Shown here one piece after another: positions 19,422 through 28,372 of a stretch of 64,000 nucleotides of DNA (positions are counted from its first letter, which is position 1; every line of letters starts with the position of its first letter). Under the pieces are notes generated by a model that was given only the letters and a program-made list of their open reading frames with translations, did no database searches and was not told the origin of the DNA. Source of the DNA: an uncultured virus (IMG/VR IMGVR_UViG_3300029955_000017) (lineage: Duplodnaviria > Heunggongvirae > Uroviricota > Caudoviricetes); the IMG/VR virus record IMGVR_UViG_3300029955_000017; one strand, written 5' to 3'. Made by a program: the position numbers and the translations under genes.

Positions 19422-20003
19422 GTGACCCGCCCCTTCTTGGACGCGTTCTGTTGCGGGCTGCGAGCCCTCTTTTTACCGCACAAGCCGCCCCTTGTGCCCC
19501 TGCTGGTCGAGGTACCACCCTCCGCGCCCTCGATGCCGGCGCCATCGGCGTGGGAACCCGAAGGGCTCAACCTCAGCGACGTGCAGGAAGCGCTAGCGTG
19601 CTCGCCCGAGACCATTGATGGCTCCCAGGTCCGGGCATTGATGCTCGAGGTCATTCGACGCGCTGCGCACGACTGGGTTCTGTACCGTACGTCCACACGT
19701 CTTGAACTGCGCGAGCTAGCGCACGACGCCTACATCTGGCTGTTTGAGGAAGAGCCCGAAGGTCCGCGCTGGGCACTGCGGTGCTCGGAGGGAAAACAAC
19801 TCACGTCGCTGCACGGCATCTGCGACGTTTTGGAAGTTGACGCGGAGTTCGTTCGCAACCACGTGCGGCACTTGACGGCAAAGAAAATCAAGACCGCCGG
19901 TCGCCCACCAGAACGACGGAAGCGATCCACCGACGACGTCAGCTATTACAACGAGCACGCCCTTACGACCGCGTTTGAGTTTCCGGCGGAAGAAGAAAGC
20001 TGA
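19422..20003 (+). CDS. conserved-looking hypothetical protein (start uncertain)
   Basis: LMLEVIRRA..D...A..WLF...SL..ICDVL.VD pattern; true start must be after 19311. Confidence 0.55.
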   Translation: MTRPFLDAFCCGLRALFLPHKPPLVPLLVEVPPSAPSMPAPSAWEPEGLNLSDVQEALACSPETIDGSQVRALMLEVIRRAAHDWVLYRTSTRLELRELAHDAYIWLFEEEPEGPRWALRCSEGKQLTSLHGICDVLEVDAEFVRNHVRHLTAKKIKTAGRPPERRKRSTDDVSYYNEHALTTAFEFPAEEES

Positions 20004-20046
20004 CACGCGGTATAGAGTCCTGGGCGTAGGTCACCCGGAGGTTCTC

Positions 20047-20183
20047 ATGGATACGCTTTATGTCCTGTGCTGCGCCTTGACCTTATTGCAGTAATTCAGT
20101 GGTCGCTCACCTTTTACCTTTACTGGCGTCTTAACCGTTTGCGCTCATCCGATAAGGAGCGCGAACCTCTGCATATTGCCTAG
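20047..20183 (+). pseudogene. Frameshifted small membrane protein
   Basis: GGAGG RBS; MDTLYVLCCAL continues in the -1 frame as LIAVIQWSLTFYLYWRLNRLR. Confidence 0.45.
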
Positions 20184-20195
20184 TGGGAGAAATAC

Positions 20196-20729
20196 ATGAA
20201 TAGAGAATACACGCGCTTTTCGTTTGCAGTGCATGTAACGCCGCTGCAAAAAGAATGGCTCCTTGCAGCGAACGGTATCATTCTGAAGTCTAGCAGCGCC
20301 GGCGGCAGCAATACCTTGTACGTAAAGTCTGCCGTGCTGACGTACGACGATCTGAAATGGCTCACGCTGCAGTTTCGAGAGGAAGACATCTTTAGAGACA
20401 ACGAGCAAACGCTCTATGAGGCTGCGGGTATCCGCATTACTGAGGGTCGGCATTTTGTTTATATCTATGCGGAGCAAGACGGCCAGCCTTACGTAGCTGC
20501 CATTATTTGCCAACGCTTTCTTAAGCACTTCGACCTCAACGATATTACCTGCTTTTCCTGGGCTACCTTTGGGGATGAGCCGAGCATCGCAACTTTCGGG
20601 GGTGGTGTTTGTGCTGTGCACAAGGACGAGATCATGCGGGTAGATACAAACGAGTTGTTGAGCGAGCTCGCGAGCGACATGCGTCGACGCCACCCCGATG
20701 CGAGCTTGAGTAACAGGGTCGATGGCTGA
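20196..20729 (+). CDS. hypothetical protein
   Basis: GGGAG RBS, coupled to next gene. Confidence 0.7.
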   Translation: MNREYTRFSFAVHVTPLQKEWLLAANGIILKSSSAGGSNTLYVKSAVLTYDDLKWLTLQFREEDIFRDNEQTLYEAAGIRITEGRHFVYIYAEQDGQPYVAAIICQRFLKHFDLNDITCFSWATFGDEPSIATFGGGVCAVHKDEIMRVDTNELLSELASDMRRRHPDASLSNRVDG

Positions 20730-21027
20730 CAAGGTCACCCCCTTCCCCACCGAAACGGTGGATCGCGTCTGCCGCCTCGCGGGCGCTCTAGTTCACGTGC
20801 TTCAGCTCTCCGATGTGGATCCCCCGGAGGATCACCTCGCCGCGCTGCTCCTTGTTCAAACCGCCATTCAGCAGGCGGTGGTGCGCGAAAAGGGCCCAAG
20901 AGAACTTCAGCGCGTGCTCATCGCAGCCAACGAACGACGGCGTCGCTATGAGGCCGTGTGGGGATATACCCCGCGAGAGTCTCCGGGGGCTACCGTTCAC
21001 GCGCTCAAGAAAGACGAGGAAGAGTAA
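20722..21027 (+). CDS. hypothetical protein
   Basis: Start overlaps upstream stop. Confidence 0.65.
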   Translation: MADKVTPFPTETVDRVCRLAGALVHVLQLSDVDPPEDHLAALLLVQTAIQQAVVREKGPRELQRVLIAANERRRRYEAVWGYTPRESPGATVHALKKDEEE

Positions 21028-21052
21028 AGCGACCGCTCTTCGACAACCAAGG

Positions 21053-21091
21053 GCTAAAGAAAAGCGCTGCGGGCATTACGCCCCGAAAGCG
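21053..21091 (-). terminator. Hairpin + TTTTCTTTAGC tail
   Basis: Imperfect stem between convergent genes; conserved tail motif. Confidence 0.5.
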
Positions 21092-21094
21092 ACT

Positions 21095-21727
21095 CTAGGT
21101 AGCACTGGCGCGCACGCCGTCGAGGATGACAAACACCAATTTCTTTTCGCCCTCGGTTTCCTCGTCTTCATAGTTGATAGACCCAAGGACGGCGCCGACG
21201 ATCAGACTGAAGATACCAATAACGGCTGCGCCTACGACGAACCCCATTTCGAAGTCGTCGTTATTCTGCTTGCGCAGCGCCCTACGCTCTTCCTCCGCTC
21301 TGCGCGAAACGCTCTCGGCGCGCAGGGTGCGCTCTTCCTCCGCTCTGCGCGAAACGCTCTCGGCGCGCAGGGTGCGCTCTTCCAGCTCTTCAACGTGCAC
21401 GCGTTCAGCCTCAATTCGACCCAGCGCTTTGCGGAGCTCAGACACTTGGGGGGTAACGCGCATCAAGAAACTGCTGGCGGCGTCGCTGTGCAGAAGCGTC
21501 GCTGTATCCGTGACTTGGTTGTAACCCACCACGTAATCCCCCAACGAGGGCAACAGCTCCTTAACACGCGCAGGGATAAGGGGTTCCGCTACTACTTCTC
21601 CATTGCGGCGAATCGCGTAGAAGCACGCGTTCACGCGCGAGTAGACTTCGTCCACCAAGATAGCCGCCGCCTTCTTGCTGTCCTTCGGTTCAGGTTTCGT
21701 ATCAGACGATGACGATTCTGAGGTCAT
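21095..21727 (-). CDS. hypothetical membrane protein with duplicated 15-aa segment
   Basis: C-terminal TM helix; EERTLRAESVSRRAE x2. Confidence 0.7.
   Translation of the reverse strand: MTSESSSSDTKPEPKDSKKAAAILVDEVYSRVNACFYAIRRNGEVVAEPLIPARVKELLPSLGDYVVGYNQVTDTATLLHSDAASSFLMRVTPQVSELRKALGRIEAERVHVEELEERTLRAESVSRRAEEERTLRAESVSRRAEEERRALRKQNNDDFEMGFVVGAAVIGIFSLIVGAVLGSINYEDEETEGEKKLVFVILDGVRASAT
21285..21383. repeat. Perfect 45-bp tandem duplication
   Basis: 21285-21329 identical to 21330-21374, plus a 9-bp partial third copy. Confidence 0.95.
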
Positions 21728-21768
21728 GGCATCTCTCTTTCAGAGGAGGGTGATGTCCCTTCACTCTT

Positions 21769-21795
21769 GTTATGCCTTAATCTTCGGGGTTTTTA
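21769..21795 (-). promoter_or_regulatory. Phage-type promoter TAAAA-N14-GGCATAAC
   Basis: Motif copy upstream of gene 21727. Confidence 0.65.
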
Positions 21796-21806
21796 CCTAA
21801 ATGGGG

Positions 21807-21833
21807 GCTAAAGAAAGCCCCGCGTGGGGCCTT
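21807..21833 (-). terminator. Intrinsic terminator GGCCCC-ACGC-GGGGCT + TTCTTTAGC
   Basis: GC stem with U-rich tail just after stop at 21844. Confidence 0.7.
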
Positions 21834-21843
21834 CTCTGGAACG

Positions 21844-22881
21844 TTACGCGTCGGTAGCGGGAACGGGTTTGAGCCAATCCGTAAACGAGGAGTCTTGCTC
21901 GTCCTCTCCCAATTCGAGCAAGCGTTCGGCCATGTCCCCGAGGGTCACGCGCGCAAGCAGCTGCTTCAAGGTGACCACATTACGCGCGGGGTCCATCCAA
22001 TCGAAGCCCGTGGTGCGCTCGATGGGAATGATACATACCACCGCGCGGTGCCCAGGGGCCGTAAGGCATACCTCAACCGCTTGTTCGTCCGTGAGCAACG
22101 CAAGCAGTGAGCGGGAATCTTGTCGGATATCCTCATCCTCTTCCTCTTCGGCCTCGTCGTCCTCTTCATCGTCTGCGTCACCGCCGCCGATATGGTCCTG
22201 AAGCGCTTCTTCCAAGGCAACAAACGTGCGCACATCATGCCTGAGGGGATTGGCGTCGGTGACACCCAAGGTGAAGGCCAACGCGCGGGGCAAGGAAAGC
22301 GCCGAGACCGGGCAGTGCTTGTCTTTTCCCTGGGGGGACATCAGCGCATTGGTGAACCCCTCCAAGTAATACGCGTACGGCTCTCGCGCTTCAGCCTCGG
22401 CGCATTCTTCGCAGTGGGTCGTGCGCTCTTCTTTTTTCATGTCCTCCTCTACACTCTGCATGAGGGCTTCGACGGTGTCCTTGAGCGGCTTGTTCGCTTC
22501 CACCGGCGCCGGTGGCGGTGTGGGCCAACCCTTTGGTACTTCTTCCCTGCGGGAAAGGACGGCCCCAACCTTTTGCAGCAGCTCTGCGTTGGTGAACGTA
22601 TCCAACGCGGGGGCATCCAGCTTCGACAGCATGTCGAGGTACGAAGAGGTACCATGTAAATGTGCGGCTGCGCCGATAGAGATCAGCGTCAGCTTGGTCG
22701 TTCCCGTCGCCGTGTCGAAGTAGTGATGGTGAAGCATTTCTTGTGTCATCTGCAATACCTCTGGGATATCGCGTTCCCCGCACTTCACGAGGCTCTCAGG
22801 GTGTTCCGTCTGCAAAACACGCAAGAGATCCGCAGCCACGTCGATAATCGTCTGCATGTAAGCCTTGATCATACTGGTCAT
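21844..22881 (-). CDS. hypothetical protein with acidic tract
   Basis: 345-aa ORF, AAGGA RBS. Confidence 0.75.
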   Translation of the reverse strand: MTSMIKAYMQTIIDVAADLLRVLQTEHPESLVKCGERDIPEVLQMTQEMLHHHYFDTATGTTKLTLISIGAAAHLHGTSSYLDMLSKLDAPALDTFTNAELLQKVGAVLSRREEVPKGWPTPPPAPVEANKPLKDTVEALMQSVEEDMKKEERTTHCEECAEAEAREPYAYYLEGFTNALMSPQGKDKHCPVSALSLPRALAFTLGVTDANPLRHDVRTFVALEEALQDHIGGGDADDEEDDEAEEEEDEDIRQDSRSLLALLTDEQAVEVCLTAPGHRAVVCIIPIERTTGFDWMDPARNVVTLKQLLARVTLGDMAERLLELGEDEQDSSFTDWLKPVPATDA

Positions 22882-22904
22882 CGTACTGTGCTTTCCTTTT
22901 GGGT

Positions 22905-23153
22905 TTACTGCTGCTCGTAACGGGCAGCGATGCGCTGCTCGCAGCCCGAAATGTAGGCGTCCGCTTTGGCTTCCGTGAGTTCCGCGCGAAGACGCTCAAG
23001 TTCTTCATCACGGCGGTGATTGCGCTGCGTAACGTAGGCCACGGACAAGGTGGCCACGTTGACGATCGCCATACTGATCAGCGACGCCGTGTTCATGTTG
23101 GGGCGAATCATCAGCGCGCAGGTGAAGAAAACAACGTAGACCAGAAAGTTCAT
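22905..23153 (-). CDS. small membrane protein
   Basis: Two hydrophobic segments then a coiled coil. Confidence 0.65.
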   Translation of the reverse strand: MNFLVYVVFFTCALMIRPNMNTASLISMAIVNVATLSVAYVTQRNHRRDEELERLRAELTEAKADAYISGCEQRIAARYEQQ

Positions 23154-23596
23154 TATTCAGTCCTCCGGTGCCTGTGGCCCTGAAGGGCATTGATCCCCTC
23201 GGGCCCAATGAGAATGGTGCCCGCTGCGGAGCGGCCCCGTGTGAGATTCATGGCCCGCCACGTTAGCCGAATGGCCAGCTCAGGGCGCCATCGGGCAAGG
23301 AAGGCGGCGAAGAAGAGCGCGGCGTGTCCTGGATTACCCAGCCCTTCATTGTCTTGGAGCGTCAGCGCCCCTCCATCCACCGTTATCTTCAGGGACAGCT
23401 CCTTGAAGTTGTTCGTCTCCTTTCGAAGTTTGGTGAGATGGGGGGAGAGACGGGCCACCTCTTCGTAAAGGTCGCCGCTGGTCACCCCCGTCAGCACGGT
23501 GCGCGCCCAGGCGGCTTCCACCTCGTTCACGAAAAGGGTCTTGGTGAAATAAGTCCGAATTTCCTCCGAGCTAGTCGGCTTCGCGCGTTTAGTCAT
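23153..23596 (-). CDS. hypothetical protein
   Basis: GAGG RBS; promoter motif GAATT-N15-GGCATAAC at 23616-23643. Confidence 0.7.
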   Translation of the reverse strand: MTKRAKPTSSEEIRTYFTKTLFVNEVEAAWARTVLTGVTSGDLYEEVARLSPHLTKLRKETNNFKELSLKITVDGGALTLQDNEGLGNPGHAALFFAAFLARWRPELAIRLTWRAMNLTRGRSAAGTILIGPEGINALQGHRHRRTE

Positions 23597-23649
23597 GGGG
23601 TGTACCTCTACGGTTGTTATGCCGGCGGCTACCCATGTAATTCAGCGTG

Positions 23650-23844
23650 TTAGGTAGCGATGTACCCAAGTTTTGCGAGAATCAGCGTTCGCTGCTCATC
23701 CTCCTCTTGAACCTGTACCCACGTGCGCCCTGTCTCGTCCAGCGCGATGAGGATCGTGCATGCGCCGACGACAACGGTGATTGAGGCCCCTAACTTGCTC
23801 TGGGTGACAACGGCTTTGTTCTGGGTGACAACGGCTTTGTGCAA
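23650..23844 (-). CDS. hypothetical protein (21-bp tandem duplication at N-terminus)
   Basis: GGAGG RBS, TTG start; promoter GAATT-N15-GGTATAAC at 23862-23889. Confidence 0.6.
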   Translation of the reverse strand: MHKAVVTQNKAVVTQSKLGASITVVVGACTILIALDETGRTWVQVQEEDEQRTLILAKLGYIAT

Positions 23845-23858
23845 GGTGTACCTCCACT

Positions 23859-23963
23859 CTAGTTATACCCGTAGAGGTAGGAATAATTCGGGTATCTCTT
23901 GAAAGAATTTGGTGTTACGCCAAAGCACTGGCTTAGCTCTTCAAGCGTTGGCTCTTCATGCAT
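23859..23963 (-). CDS. 34-aa hypothetical peptide
   Basis: GGAGG RBS; GGTATAAC motif at 24001-24008. Confidence 0.4.
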   Translation of the reverse strand: MHEEPTLEELSQCFGVTPNSFKRYPNYSYLYGYN

Positions 23964-24037
23964 TACCTCCAAGGAGAAGGCGGTCTTCTTCCCCGTGTTT
24001 GTTATACCCACTCCGCTTCTTGCTAGGATTCTGACCC

Positions 24038-27000
24038 ATGTCCACCACCACGCCCCCAAGCATTGATCCCGATGAAGTCGCCGCTTCGGTTGCCAAGCTT
24101 GTACCCGGGGATCTGTCGACCCCTCTAGGAGCTCTCTCGACGAGAAACCTGTCCGTGTCCTGGGATGGGTTCCAACAGGCGGTTGTCGGGATGTTTATTT
24201 CGAGCAGTCAGGCTCCTTACTACGTTGTTAAATTGGCAAGAGACCGGCTTTTGACAGATATCAGCCACCTTATTCTCGAAGTACAAGCCCTGAGCGCAGC
24301 GTGTTCGACAACGACCCGGCAGGTTCAACCGGTCACGAACATCGCGCCGTTGTCGAATGCTCAAGTTGCTCTTCAGGCTCTGAGTAAGGCCGCGGCTCAA
24401 CGCACTGGGGTCTACCAGAACATCGCATCCATCCCAGCGTTCAACCGGCTCACTCAGAACGTCACCACCTTCTTGAAGACCGAAGGGGTGAAGGCCACAC
24501 AGAGCGGACAATTGGTCAATACCCCCAGCCAGGCCAAGGGAACGCTGAGCGCTTCAGCTGTTCAACTTCGTACCGATTGGGATGCCTTACTTACCAAGCT
24601 GACCTTGTGGTCGGGCAGTATGACGACCTATGCCGGCCTCAATCTCCCTGGTCTATTGAGCCAGACCATCTTGGGGAATGCCGCCGATGTCATGGCGCAG
24701 AACGTTCAGCAACTTCAGTCCCTTTCCCCCAACGACCGGCTGGGAGTACTGCGCTCTGTGGTGGTGGATACCGTGGCCATTCAAGCGACGGTTCAGGGCT
24801 TTGGCGCGCTGACGCCGCCCACGGTGTTCGTGCCCTTTACCGGGGTGGGTAAGCCCCTGGCCGATGCTCTTCATCCGGCAGCGCCAGCCACGCTTACCGC
24901 TGATTACCCTGGGGGCTACGCTGTGTACTTGGGCAAGGATACGCTGAGCTTGCTCCTCGATGGGCAGTACACCCAGACGATCCATCCCCCGGGCTCGTTC
25001 GTAGCGCAGCAAGTTACCCCCACGGCCGGACCCTTTACGGTGCTCAGCGGTGTGACGCGCTTCAACGTTACCGTTGAGCAGAACAGCGGGCCTACAACGC
25101 TTTCGACCTCGGAGCTCGTGACACTGCCCGTGGGCAGTAACCTGCCCTTGTGGACCATCGCTGATGCCATCAATCGGGGGGTTACTCTGACCGAAGCGGG
25201 GGTCTATTTCATCGTTCAACAGACGGCCCAAGAGGTCACGGTGACGCCCACAAGCGACCCGGTGTCGTCAACCTTTACCCTCGAGAATGGGCTAACGTGG
25301 TCGGGGTTGAACGTCGACACAACCTTCTGGCTCATCCTCGCCGATACTCCCGCCGTGGGGCTGAGCCAGGTCTGGCAAATCACGGGGGTAACGGGGGCCG
25401 TGGCCATCTGTACCCTCATCCATGGCGTGGTTACCCCCTTTCCCGCTCCTGTGGTCGCGACGGTGGGTACCCAGGCCAACCTGCGGCTGTACATCCGGTT
25501 GAAGAACCCGGCGACCGCGCTGCACTACGAACAAGCGCTGCGACTGACCGACGTGGACAGCGGGGCCTTGGCCCAGCTCTCCTTCTTCAGCGGCGCCGTG
25601 GCTACAAGCGCGCGAACAAGCGCGGCAACCCTCGCCCTCCTCATCAACCAGAGCACGGCCGCAGCAAGTCTTGATGGGACACCTCGGGTAACGGCCAGTA
25701 CCGTATTTGTCCCCAACTTCTTCACCGGCCTGGGGAGAACATCGCCCACCGACCCCTTCAGCGTGACGTATTACCGGGGGCGCTCCGATGGGGTGAGCTT
25801 CGTTCCCAATAGCCCAACCACAACCGCGTTTACCGTGCCCACCCTAGCGGCCTCGGGCATCCTTCCGGGGGATGTCCTGGTCTTGCGAGCCACGAACAAC
25901 GTGAACGATACGAACACGTGGGGGACGGTGGTGTCCATCACGGCCGACGGGGTCATCACCACAACCCTTACCCCCCTCGGTACGGGCCCCGCGTTGATTG
26001 AGGTGGGCCCGAGCTTCTACCCCTTCTCGGACCAGCGCGCGGATGTTGAGCTCGCTATTGCCGAGCAACAGACCTTCGACGGCCAGTACCTGAACGCGAT
26101 TACCCCCGGAGCGACCCCCCTCGATGTCAGGGTCACCAAGGCGCTCTTGGGTAATGTTGGGCCTGGCGGACAGCCTGTCTTTCTCCAGAACCTCCAGATG
26201 GGTCAGCGCTACGTGGTGTTGAATAGCCAGGACAGCACCACCGCGGGCGCGGTGCAGATCACTGGTCAGGGGAACTTTGATGCCTTCCTCGTGAACAGTA
26301 CCCCTCGAAGCGCGGTGGCGATGGCGTCATGGGTAACGGTGCCCTCCCTTCCGAACAGTCTTCAACTGGGTGATCAATTCGAGCTCTACACGACCAAGGC
26401 GCTGACCCCGAGCTTTACGGCACTCATCACATCGGTCGATACCGCGGCCTCGGCGCTTGAGCTTAGTACCCCCTTGCCGGCGAACCAACCCCCCTTCATG
26501 ATGGACGTGACCTCAACGCTGCCCTTCGCCCGGGTGCGCAATACGGTAAATCAGTCCTTTGTGCAGGCATCACAGGTAGTGGAGGGGTGGCTCACGCTGC
26601 CTATGAACAATACAACCCAGGCGTTCCAATCCCTGGATGCGGCATTAAACCCGCTCATCGCCAACAGTAACCCGACCCAGGCGCAGGCTACGGTCGCGCT
26701 CACCATCTTCCAGAATATGTTGACGGCGCTCAGCAGCTTGATCGCCACGCTGCAAGGCTACACGGCCAACGTGGTCGAGGGTGTTGATAGCCTCATCAAG
26801 GGGTACCAGCAAAAGGGGCTAGATAAAGCCGTCGACATCTTGTTGATGGCCGACTTCGCTACCTTCTTTGGCCTGGACCAAGACGACAGTAGCTACGCCG
26901 GCAGCTTGGCCAAGGCCATGAGCACCGTTCAAGTTACCGATTTCCCCGTTCGAAGAGATAACCGGGTCAATTCTACAGATACGGCGTCCGAGCAAACCCT

Positions 27001-27112
27001 CAGCCAGTTCGACGACGTCGACTTCGACTACACCCCCGACGTCACCGACCCCAACAAGCGCATCGATACGTCTGAGGGCAACAGCCCGAATATCAACCTG
27101 CCGAACACCTAG
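24038..27112 (+). CDS. Large virion structural protein (baseplate/tail)
   Basis: 1024 aa; T/V/G-rich beta core flanked by helical ends; TGcTAGGAT-N8-ATG. Confidence 0.6.
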   Translation: MSTTTPPSIDPDEVAASVAKLVPGDLSTPLGALSTRNLSVSWDGFQQAVVGMFISSSQAPYYVVKLARDRLLTDISHLILEVQALSAACSTTTRQVQPVTNIAPLSNAQVALQALSKAAAQRTGVYQNIASIPAFNRLTQNVTTFLKTEGVKATQSGQLVNTPSQAKGTLSASAVQLRTDWDALLTKLTLWSGSMTTYAGLNLPGLLSQTILGNAADVMAQNVQQLQSLSPNDRLGVLRSVVVDTVAIQATVQGFGALTPPTVFVPFTGVGKPLADALHPAAPATLTADYPGGYAVYLGKDTLSLLLDGQYTQTIHPPGSFVAQQVTPTAGPFTVLSGVTRFNVTVEQNSGPTTLSTSELVTLPVGSNLPLWTIADAINRGVTLTEAGVYFIVQQTAQEVTVTPTSDPVSSTFTLENGLTWSGLNVDTTFWLILADTPAVGLSQVWQITGVTGAVAICTLIHGVVTPFPAPVVATVGTQANLRLYIRLKNPATALHYEQALRLTDVDSGALAQLSFFSGAVATSARTSAATLALLINQSTAAASLDGTPRVTASTVFVPNFFTGLGRTSPTDPFSVTYYRGRSDGVSFVPNSPTTTAFTVPTLAASGILPGDVLVLRATNNVNDTNTWGTVVSITADGVITTTLTPLGTGPALIEVGPSFYPFSDQRADVELAIAEQQTFDGQYLNAITPGATPLDVRVTKALLGNVGPGGQPVFLQNLQMGQRYVVLNSQDSTTAGAVQITGQGNFDAFLVNSTPRSAVAMASWVTVPSLPNSLQLGDQFELYTTKALTPSFTALITSVDTAASALELSTPLPANQPPFMMDVTSTLPFARVRNTVNQSFVQASQVVEGWLTLPMNNTTQAFQSLDAALNPLIANSNPTQAQATVALTIFQNMLTALSSLIATLQGYTANVVEGVDSLIKGYQQKGLDKAVDILLMADFATFFGLDQDDSSYAGSLAKAMSTVQVTDFPVRRDNRVNSTDTASEQTLSQFDDVDFDYTPDVTDPNKRIDTSEGNSPNINLPNT

Positions 27113-27121
27113 GAGGAAGGC

Positions 27122-27535
27122 GTGAATGATGCATTTAGTAACTACTGCCTGCTCGAGAAAGAGCTGCGTGCCGTTCAATTGAAGAATGACAACGTCGAGT
27201 CACAAGAAGAAAACGCCATCCTTGCGATTATGGACAGCGTCTTGAGTAGTGAGTGTACTGTCTACGTGCCCCCTCTTCCCGAGGAACCACCACGCAAGTG
27301 GGTGTTCCTTAGTCAAGAAGAAGCAATGACGCTGCTCGAATGCATGGTGAGAAGTCTCGAGGAGATGGCCAGCAAGAATCCAAACCGCCCTCTGGGCGAT
27401 TACTGGCTGCTCATGCGAAGGAACGCGGACTTCAACAAGGCACTGGCGGCTTTGTTGATGAACGACCAGAAAGCATTGGAAGAAGTAGCGCGCGTAGGGT
27501 TGCCTGACATCGTGGTGAAAAACGAAACGCTTTGA
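27122..27535 (+). CDS. hypothetical protein
   Basis: AGGAGG RBS. Confidence 0.65.
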   Translation: MNDAFSNYCLLEKELRAVQLKNDNVESQEENAILAIMDSVLSSECTVYVPPLPEEPPRKWVFLSQEEAMTLLECMVRSLEEMASKNPNRPLGDYWLLMRRNADFNKALAALLMNDQKALEEVARVGLPDIVVKNETL

Positions 27536-27646
27536 GCTCATTCACTGAACTCTGAAGAAGAACCAACGAGGACGCTAAGGAGCAAGTGGCCGAAAGACGT
27601 AAGTTTTGCAGCAAAATCCATCGCGGATGCTGAGGACGAGCGCGTC

Positions 27647-28009
27647 ATGAACACGATGAGGGTGTTCACAGAGTCGAACCTCGACTCGTACTCGCTGCTG
27701 ATCTGGGAGGTGCTTTCGGAAGAAGTGCAACTGTACTTGCTGCCGAACTCGTTCCTCGACAGCGAAGATATAGCTGTACTGCAAGCCGCTCAGGGCAGCT
27801 ACATCAACAGCGTAGTAACGTCACCGCCGGCGGAGGTAGCGCTCGACAAGATCAACAGTGCAGTCTGCAAGAAGGCAGAGCACGTCAACGAAACGTTTCA
27901 AGGGACGCGGTGGGCGCAGCGCTACTCGAAGTACTTGTGGGCAGAGTACGCCCACGCTCCGATCAAGCGCATCGTCACCTGCGTCTATCAAGCTGGGTTC
28001 ATGCTGTAG
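27647..28009 (+). CDS. hypothetical protein
   Basis: 120-aa ORF in + strand block. Confidence 0.65.
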   Translation: MNTMRVFTESNLDSYSLLIWEVLSEEVQLYLLPNSFLDSEDIAVLQAAQGSYINSVVTSPPAEVALDKINSAVCKKAEHVNETFQGTRWAQRYSKYLWAEYAHAPIKRIVTCVYQAGFML

Positions 28010-28072
28010 GAGAGTCCATGGGCATCAACCACCACCGAAAGAAGGGCGCATGAACACGCTTGGGAGGCATCG

Positions 28073-28324
28073 ATGATTTGCACGCGCTGTGCGGGGACCG
28101 GATTCATCAACACCCACCAGCTTCCCGACGAGGTGGACGTTGACGACCACGATGCAATGCGCGCGTGGATCGCTGACGACGCCAACGCGCCGCACGACGT
28201 TCAGGTGTGCGACTGCTGCGGCGACGGGGACGAGTGGCACGGTAAGCCGGGCGAGCACGACGAGGACCGGTTCGGACGCGAGGGGCCCTGCGGCTATAAT
28301 ATGGGTCTCCCGGAGTGCATTTAA
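28073..28324 (+). CDS. small Zn-finger protein (CxxCxGxG repeats)
   Basis: CTRCAGTG and CDCCGDG; GGAGG RBS. Confidence 0.65.
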   Translation: MICTRCAGTGFINTHQLPDEVDVDDHDAMRAWIADDANAPHDVQVCDCCGDGDEWHGKPGEHDEDRFGREGPCGYNMGLPECI

Positions 28325-28372
28325 TCCATGAACCTATCAGGGTCAGAACGAACTAATACAAACAGAGGAGAT

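Noticed and set aside
20149..20156. CCGATAAG, a sigma28-like -10
   Set aside because: Deviates from the GG(C/T)ATAA consensus and lies in a probable frameshifted coding region
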